From Heterodontus francisci (taxonomy: Eukaryota): a stretch of DNA of 64,000 nucleotides. The notes under the pieces were generated by a model. The model was given only the letters and a program-made list of their open reading frames with translations. It was not told the origin of the DNA and did not search any database. The number at the start of each line of letters is the position of its first letter. Position 1 is the first letter of the stretch. A program made the translations under genes and the position numbers. This document shows positions 25,501-34,500 of this stretch, piece after piece. The DNA lies in NCBI RefSeq assembly GCF_036365525.1, contig NC_090383.1, positions 120,344,531-120,408,530 of the forward strand. The letters run 5' to 3'.

Positions 25501-28500
25501 GCCGACCAGCTTCCGGTTCCTCCGGCGCCAAAAGAAACTCAAAGACAAGGAAAACAGTAAGTAAAACAGTAAGTACTTACTTTTAAAACACAGCTCCTGA
25601 TGCCTTCACTCACCCACCGAAGAGTCGCTACCTTCTCCTGCTGCTCCGCCGGGAAATGAGCATTCCCAAGTGATTCCCTCCCTCTGGTCAGACAAACCCC
25701 CACCTGCCAAGACTGAGGCACACATTATTTCGCCACATGAACATTAAAATTTTAAAAATTGCAATCTCTGACTGGAAAGACGTTTCCATGGTAACAGACC
25801 ATGTTGAAACAATGGAGACTCTGCAGTTGCTCTCCAATACACAGAAGTTGTCAGACTAGTTTTAGTCACATGGCTAGCTGGCTGGGGCAGAGACATTTGA
25901 GCCTCCAACAAGGGATGTGAAGAGACTGTTCCATATAAGGAACTGATCACATGACTATAATAAAAGCAAAATACTGTGGATGCTGGAAATCTGAAACAAA
26001 AACAAGAAATGCTGGAATCACTCAGCAGGTCTGGCAGCATCTGTGGAAAGAGAAGCAGAGTTAACGTTTCAGGTCAGTGACCCGAAACGTTAACTCTGCT
26101 TCTCTTTCCACAGATGCTGCCAGACCTGATCACATGACTAACCTGCTGAGCACGCTGGGAGCTTTTTGTATTTGAACTCCCAAACAAAGGAATTGCCAGG
26201 CAGAATGCCGTGTGCTCTCCTGGAACTAAGAACATCTCCTGCCTGCCTGCTGCCTATCTCTCAGGAAACTGAAACCATTGAATACATGTGAAACTCAAAG
26301 AGAGAAAGATTTGCCACATAAACAAAGTTTTAAGAAGATTACAGGGCTCCAACAAAATGCAAGAATATAATTCCAATCAAGCACTACAGTGAGCTCAAGA
26401 AACAGTAACAAGATATTGCCTCAAACAGTTCCATTTATCTCTTCTACTCTTTTCTGATCCTTTCTTACATGTTTATATCGTGTGTGCATGCTAGTGTGAG
26501 CACGTCACATATCAGCAGGCATGAACTCTATTAGAGTTAAGTTTAAGGTTTAATAAGTTTAATCTTTCTGCTTTAAACCAAAGAAAGCCTGTTTGTGCTC
26601 AGTTATTTGCCTGATAATTGGAAACTGTGAACACGGATTCACAAAGGGGGTGCCCAAAACACAGTGTGTTTAAAATTAAACCCTGTTACAATAAGGCCAG
26701 GTGAAGACAGCAAGGGACCCCCTAAACACCTTGCTCACCTGGTCATAATGCTCTGTATGAACGCCGCATGCATACATCCTTCAGCACAGTGCTATTCCCC
26801 TTTAGTGCCCGAGATCAATGTTATATTTAGACAGATCTCTCTTGTTCTCCATTGTTCTTATATTAAGGCCGATTTTCTGCAGGACAGGAATCCAAGTCTT
26901 CACTTGATTCATGTGACTAATGTTGAACTACACAAAAATGTTTGATATTTTACAGAACTACCTGAACAGATGTCTCTGAAAGTCATCGTCAGCATTGCAG
27001 CCTGTGCCCTGGTATTTGCCCTCTTACTCTGCATACTTATAATCACAGTATGCTTCATGAAAAAATGGGCATGTTTTCAAAGCAGATCAAAACCTGAACG
27101 GTAAATACAATTTAATTTCATATCTTATTTCATTATGAGATTGAATTAAACATTTATTGATGGAGGGGATGAAATCAACCAAAGAATGGGGGCAAACAAA
27201 CTTTGATACCTGGGGTTTCCCTTCTTGCATAAGTAAATAAAGAAACATAAAGAGTGTTAAATTATCCAGTTATTAAATACACTGCAATTTTACGGGTGAT
27301 CAAGAGAGTTTTTGATTTTCAAAATTTGACTATAATTTCTATGGTTCACCCCCTCTTCTCTTTCAGTGTTTCTCTCCTCCTCGCCTCTCTCTATCCATTT
27401 GCATTGCCCATTGTCTCTCATTATTATTATTACATCAGTAATAAAACTTTATAATAGTCTCTGTTGCCCCCAAGAAGGATTAGACATGTTTACAGCATAA
27501 CTTAATATTAATAACATAATACATAATGATATAATGACAGCGGTGACTGCAACAACTACCGTGGAATCTCCCTGCTCAGCATAGTGGGGAAAATCTTCGC
27601 TCGAGTCGCCTTAAACAGGCTCCAGAAGCTGGCCAAGCGTGTCTACCCTGAGGCACAGTGTGGCTTTCGTGCAGAGAGATCCACCATTGACATTCTGTTC
27701 TCCCTTTGCCAGATACAGGAGAAATGCCACGAGCAACAGATGCCCCTCTACGTTGCTTTCATTGATCTCACCAAAGCCTTTGACCTCGTCAGCAGACGTG
27801 GTCTCTTCAGACTACTAGCAAAGATCGGATGTCCACCAAAGCTACTAAGTATCATCACCTCATTCCATGACAATATGAAAGGCACAATTCAACATGGTGG
27901 CTCCTCATCAGACACCTTTCCTATCCTGAGTGGTGTGAAACAGGGCTGTGTTCTCGCACCCACACTTTTTGGGATTTTCTTCTCCCTGCTGCTCTCACAT
28001 GCGTTCAAGTCTTCAGAAGAAGGAATTTTCCTCCACACAAGATCAGGGGGCAGGTTGTTCAACCTTGCCTATCTAAGAGCGAAGACCAAAATACGTAAAG
28101 TCCTCATCAGGGAACTCCTCTTTGCTGACGATGCTGCTTTAACATCTCACACCGAAGAGTGCCTGCAGAGTCTCATCAACAGGTTTGCGGCTGCCTGCAA
28201 CGAATTTGGCCTAACCATCAGCCTCAAGAAAATGAACATCATGGGACAGGATGTCAGAAATGCTCCATCCATCAATATTGGCGACCATGCTCTGGAAGTG
28301 GTTCAAGAGTTCACCTACCTAGGCTCAACTATCACCAGTAACCTGTCTCTAGATGCAGAAATCAACAAGCGCATGGGAAAGGCTTCCACTGCTATGTCCA
28401 GACTGGCCAAGAGAGTGTGGGAAAATGGCGCACTGACACGGAACACAAAAGTCCGAGTGTATCAGGCCTGTGTCCTCAGTACCTTGATCTACGGCAGCGA

Positions 28501-31500
28501 GGCCTAAACAACGTATGTCTGCCAAGAGCGACGTCTCAATTCATTCCATCTTCGCTGCCTCCGGAGAATCCTTGGCATCAGGTTGCAGGACCGTATCTCC
28601 AAAACAGAAGTCCTCGAGGTGGCCAACATCCCCAGCTTATACACCCTACTGAGCCAGCGGCGCTTGAGATGGCTTGGCCATGTGAGTCTCATGGAAGATG
28701 GCAGGATCCCCAAGGACACATTGTACAGCGAGCTCGTCACTGGTATCAGACCCACCGGCCGTCCATGTCTCCGTTATAAAGACGTCTGCAAACGCGACAT
28801 GAAATCGTGTGACATTGATCACAAGTCGTGGGAGTTAGTTGTCAGCGATCGCCAGAGCTGGCGGGCAGCCATAAAGGCGGGGCTAAAGAGTGGCGAGTCG
28901 AAGAGACTGAGCAGTTGGCAGGAAAAAAGACAGAAGCGCAAGGGGAGAGCCAACTGTATAACAGCCCCCGACAACCAATTTTATCTGCAGCACCTGTGGA
29001 AGAGTCTGTCACTCTAGAAGTGGCCTTTATGGCCACTCCAGGCGTTGCTTCACTGACCAGCTCCAGGTGCTTACCCATTGTCTCTCGAGACAAGGAGGCC
29101 AAAGAAAGAAAGATAATGGAGAGGAACTACCTAACAGAAATATACAAATTGTAGCAGAGAAGCAGGCCATTTGTCCCTTTTTGCCTCTCAAAGTTTAGCC
29201 ATTCTTGAGAATTGATTTCACACAGTCACATTTTCTTACTTTCTCCTCATTCAGTTTATATTTTCCTGAATTATCAATTACCTTTTGAAATGTTCTGATC
29301 ATCACTTGTAGCAATGCATTGCACATTGAAAATGTTCTTCTAATCTCAGCCTTTTTCTATCTGGTGCTTAAGTTGTGATCATAGTCTTGTGCCTTCAGTA
29401 TAACTGCCAATGGAAACTGTCTATCTACGTTTAACTTGTCTATTCCTTTAATCATTTCAAACATGTCTGTCAAATCTTCCCTCAATCTTCCTACTTCAAG
29501 GAAATTCAGTCTCAGTTGCTGTAGCCTATCTTTATAATGCAGACCCCCACCCCACCCCCCCACCCCCCCCACCCCCCCCCCCCCCCATCCCTGGCATCAT
29601 TTTGGTAATATTCAGCAGCATATTTTCCCAGTCAGTGGGTCATAGTGGAGTGGAATGTGGGCCAGGAAATTGGAGACGGAATCCTGTTTATACCACTCGA
29701 ATTTGCTTATGTAGAAAATGCACAAAAGCTAATTATACATATTGTAACACGTGGAAATCACAGAACCGGAGGCCATTCATTCCATCATGTCTGCACTGGC
29801 TCTCCAAAAGAGCAATTTACCTAATGCCACTCCACCGCTTTCTCCCTGTAGCCCTGCACTTTCTTCTTTTTCAGATAAAAATCCAATTCCCTCTTGAATA
29901 CCTTGTTTGACCCCCCCTCCACCAGACCTCAGGTAGTGAATTCCAGATTCTAACCTCACGCTGTGTGAAAACGAGTTTTTCTCATGTTGCAATACTCCAG
30001 TTGAGGCCGAACCAGTGTTTTATACAAGTTTAACATAACATCCTTGTTTCTGTACTCTAATCCCCTATTAATAAAGCCCAGGATCCCGTATGCTTTACTC
30101 ACTGTGCTCAACCTGTCTTTCCACCTTTAATGTTTCATGCACATATACATATACATGTATGTTAATGATTGCTGCTGCTTTGTTTTATTACTTGTTATGC
30201 ACTGCATTGCAATGATTCCACATCACAGGTTTGTCAAAGTCCAGGGCATTGTTGATGGCCCCCTGAGTGCTGACATTGGACCCTACACATTACAACATAG
30301 CCTTCCAGGGACTTCCAATACCAGTGTGCATATGAGTGACCAGCGAATCATGCAGCTGAATGTTCTGGTCCTTAGATTTTAAATTGCTTCTCTGTGCCCA
30401 AGCTCTTTGTAGGAGAAGACAGCCTGGGATGATGACTCCTGAGAAACAAATGCTATCATCTAAGCCCTGGTTCAGGACATCATTGTGAGAACCAGGAACA
30501 CAGACACAACAAGATACAACAATGCATTTATAATCCTGACCCCATCTACAAAATGCACCCTTAAGATTCACTAACGCATGTACCATAGCTGCCTGACCTG
30601 TTGTCTGCTAATTCTGCTTTATCTGAAGGATATCATCTGATCACAATTGGGTGCAGCCCTCAGTGATGCTGTGTTCTAGAGATGAACCATGTGCTTGTTC
30701 TAGCTGCTCCCCTAGAGACAGGAGATAGTGAAATTGTGGCCTCCTCTCTGCCGGTGGGAGCCTCTTGCAGCTTGACTGTGTGCCCTGCTGGGGTTTGGGT
30801 ATGCACCATAAGCAATGGGAGAGTCGTGTCTGTGTAGGCTCAGCAGTAACTGTGGAACAGAGTGACAGCAATATTTTTGTAGTGCACGCATTGGGCCACC
30901 CACCATGACAGTTTCTTTAAGATGCACCATCTTCTGCATCTGCTTGGAGACAGTGCCTTGGAGTATCAAACATGACAACCCTCTCCGCACTCACCTCATG
31001 CAGCAACCCATCAAAAAGGAAGCTGTGCTGCTGCATCGCTGTACGGCTGCATCGCTGTTCCATTGCATCAGTTGCCCATGTGTTTTGCTTTGCACCTCTA
31101 TGATTGTTCTGATGTCAGTTTGTTTTCTTTGTGCGGGCTTTGAAAAGACTGAGGAATTACTTCTGAGTCCTTGGAGTCATTGAAAGATTAAAGAAGACTT
31201 TGTTCCATGTATGACTGAGTTCCAATACTTGTACAAAAGCCAGCCTGAGCCTCACTGTTACCAGATTCCGCCCCTAGGCTGGATTGGTGAATGGCCCTGC
31301 ACACTGTGGAATCATCTTCCAAAAGTCCCATCCTTATCTCAGTCCTTGGTGCAGTAAACCTCTGCTTGGTGGCTTTGCTCAGTTATGTATAGGAGACAAA
31401 CATAATACAATTGAATCGAGAGGAGTCGATACAACAACAACCAAATAATCATGATCTGTGCTGAGTTTCATTCTAAAGAGAAAGAGGCATTCTTTAGAAT

Positions 31501-34500
31501 TTCTGTGTTTATTTCTGCTCATGCAGTCCCAGTATTAAATTGTTCTATAGAAATATTCACTGGCATTTCTTCTGTAAATAAATCATTGACTTTATGTTTC
31601 TGTATCATTTGCCTAGGACCCCAGAAGGAGAAATTAACACAGTGTATGCAGCAGTCTGTGGTAAGAAAACCATTCAGTGCTCATACTGATTATTCCAAAT
31701 AATATTTCTTGTGTTGTGATGTTGCTAAATATCAATAGGATGAATTTTATACGGAAAAAAAATGGAACATTTTCCCATTTCAAGCACTCAACAACTGCAT
31801 CAAACCAACTAAAGATATAGGACAGACTGCTGCAGAGTAAAGCTCCCTCTGCCCTGTAACAATTTCTGTCACCATTCGGAGCAAGGTTTCTGTTAGCATC
31901 AAATTAGCACAGTGTTGTCCTGAGGTTTGGAGAAACTAGCATGCAAACAGAATTTTCATGCCTTAATCCCTAGCTGAATTCAAACCCATTCCCCCTACTG
32001 AACAGATACAGTTCCCATTGGGATTTAACCCATTGATCCTTAGCTCTGTCATTTGATGCTATGCAGATATGTAGTACTCCCTCAGTAATTGTCCTCGACA
32101 GTGCAGCACTCCCTCACTAATCATCCTCTGACAGTACAGTGCTCCTTCAGTAGGGGCCCTCTGACAATGCAGCACTCCCTCAGTAATGGCCTTCTGACAG
32201 TGCAGCACTCCCTCAGTAATCATTGTCTGTCAGTACTCGTCCTCCCTCAGTAATGGCTCTCTGACAGTGCAGGACTCCCTCAATATTGACCCTCTGACAG
32301 TGCAGCGCTCCCTCAGTACTGACCCTCTCATTGTGTAGCACTCCTTTAGTACTGTCCCTTTGACAATGCAGCACTCCTTCAGTACTGCCCTGGAAGGTCA
32401 GGGTGGATTATGTGCTTAAGTGTCTGGAGTGGCCTCGAACCACAAACTTCTGACTCAGAGGCGAGACTGCTTCCCCCTGAGCCAAAGCTGACTCTTGTGG
32501 TCTACACATGTAAAGTATTGCCTAACAGTGTGCAGTTTATCACCATGTGTACTCTGTATGATTTGTTGCAAGTAGCTAAGTGGGATACAGTCTAAGACAA
32601 CACTGCAGTTTCACTGTAACTATCAGTCACATTCAGCAGCTACAATAAACACAGATTCTTATTTCATTTTTTTGTCCTGGTCAATATTTATCCCTCAATC
32701 AACATCACAAACAAAAACAGATTATCTGGTCATTATCACATTAAAGTTTGCTGCGTGCAAACTGGCTGTCACATTTCCGACATTACAGCAGTGACTGCAC
32801 CTCATTGGCTGTGAAGCCCTTTGAGACATCTGGTGGCCATGAAAGGCGCTATATAAATGCACGTCTTTTCTTTCTTTCAGCTGAAATGCGGAATGACAAA
32901 CAGGTAGCCGAAACCGCTACCAAGGTAAGTATTAGACAACAGTTTTTCTCTCAATGCCTTATTGTTAAATAGAAGCTTTACTTCCTCTTTAGCCCTGTAT
33001 GCTGTCATCGTCAGCAGTGTTCTTCTGAAGGAACCGACTCTTTTTAGTAAACAGTTTACAAATGTCAGCAAACCTTCCTGTAATCACACCAAGTGACAGG
33101 TTAACATGTGTACGCTTGGAGAGTACCATTAACTATTGTGGGGGGAGGGGGGTGTATCATAGGAATGGGAGGAGGCCCTTCAGCCCATTGAACTGTTCCA
33201 CCAATCAATGAGAACATGGCTGATTTGTATCTCAACTCAATTTACCCATCTTGGTTTTGATGCTCTTAATACCCTCACCCAACAAAAACCTGTTTATTTC
33301 TGTTTGGAAATGATCAATTGTCCTCCAGCCTCAGCCTTTTGAGGGGAAGAGTTCCAGATTTCCAGTACCTTTTGTGTGAAGAAATACTTCCTTATATCAC
33401 GGGTGGCACAGTGGCGCAGTGGTTAGCACCGCAGCCTCACAGCTCCAGCGACCCGGGTTCAATTCTGGGTACTGCCTGTGTGGAGTTTGCAAGTTCTCCC
33501 TGTGTCTGCGTGGGTTTTCTCCAGGTGCTCCGGTTTCCTCCCACATGCCAAAGACTTGCAGGTTGGTAGGTAAATTGGCCATTATAAATTGCCCCTAGTA
33601 TAGGCAGGTGGTAGGGGAATATAGGGACAGGTGGGGATGTGGTAGGAATATGGGATTAGTGTAGGATTAGTATAAATGGGTGGTTGATGGTCGGCACAGA
33701 CTCGGTGGGCCGAAGGGCCTGTTTCAGTGCTGTATCTCTAAACTAAAAAACCCCTGAACGGCCTGGCTCTAATTTTAATGTTATGGCTCCTTGTTCTGGA
33801 CTCTGCCCCTCCAGAGGGAGTGTGTTGGTCAGATGACTGACCGGAGGAGTGTGCTGCAGGGTCAGGATGACCATTCCAGCAGTGGAGCTGTCGCTCCTCC
33901 CTCTGACTGTGAGGCACGAGCCTCATTTAAATCACCCATGGAGCTTGTTGGGATGAGTGTAGCCCAGGCTTCAACCAACTCACCTAAACTGGCAAGCAGG
34001 CTCCTATATACATCATAAATATTACCTATGTGGCAATACACTGAGCCATGGGGACTGACTGGCAGCCTGGGTGATGGCGAGTCAGTGCGTCAGTAGAGGG
34101 AGAAGGAATAACATAAGTTGCTGCCAACCCTGAACGAGAGTGAAGCCTCTGAATTGCCCCTGTTCCAATCCCTCTGCTCTCAGGCGCAATTATTTCCAGG
34201 TTGGTCCCTCCAGGGCTTGTATTTGTGGGCCCCTCCTCCAGTCCCGGTCTTCTCCCTGTTGGTATGTCCCATCTTATTGTGCAGAAAGAGGGGCATTGAA
34301 ATGCTGGAAGCATTAGGTGAGTGTGCAGCAGATTATCACACAGCTAGGTTTTGTTTAAAAGGTTTTGTTTCGGTGAAGCCCTGTATAATTTGTGTGTGTG
34401 ACAGATTCCAGCTCCACTCTGTGCTTGCTGCAGTAAGGCCATGGACGGTAAGCTTTCAAAGGGCAAGAAGCCAGTCTGTGTGCTTTGTTATAGATTAAAG

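Larger units (their letters stand above)
21139..25660 (-). mobile_element. Full-length CR1 LINE with both ORFs open
   Basis: 5' UTR with a 217-bp tandem monomer, ORF1, ORF2, and a (TTCTATG)n 3' tail at 21139-21170. Confidence 0.95.

Noticed and set aside
33400-33470. tRNA gene
   Set aside because: The A/B boxes belong to a SINE head that continues into a SINE body and LINE-like tail, with multiple copies in the window.
34285-34322. Extra cytoplasmic exon ending at TAG|GTGAGT
   Set aside because: In the required phase 0 it hits TGA after four codons, and the gene model is complete without it.
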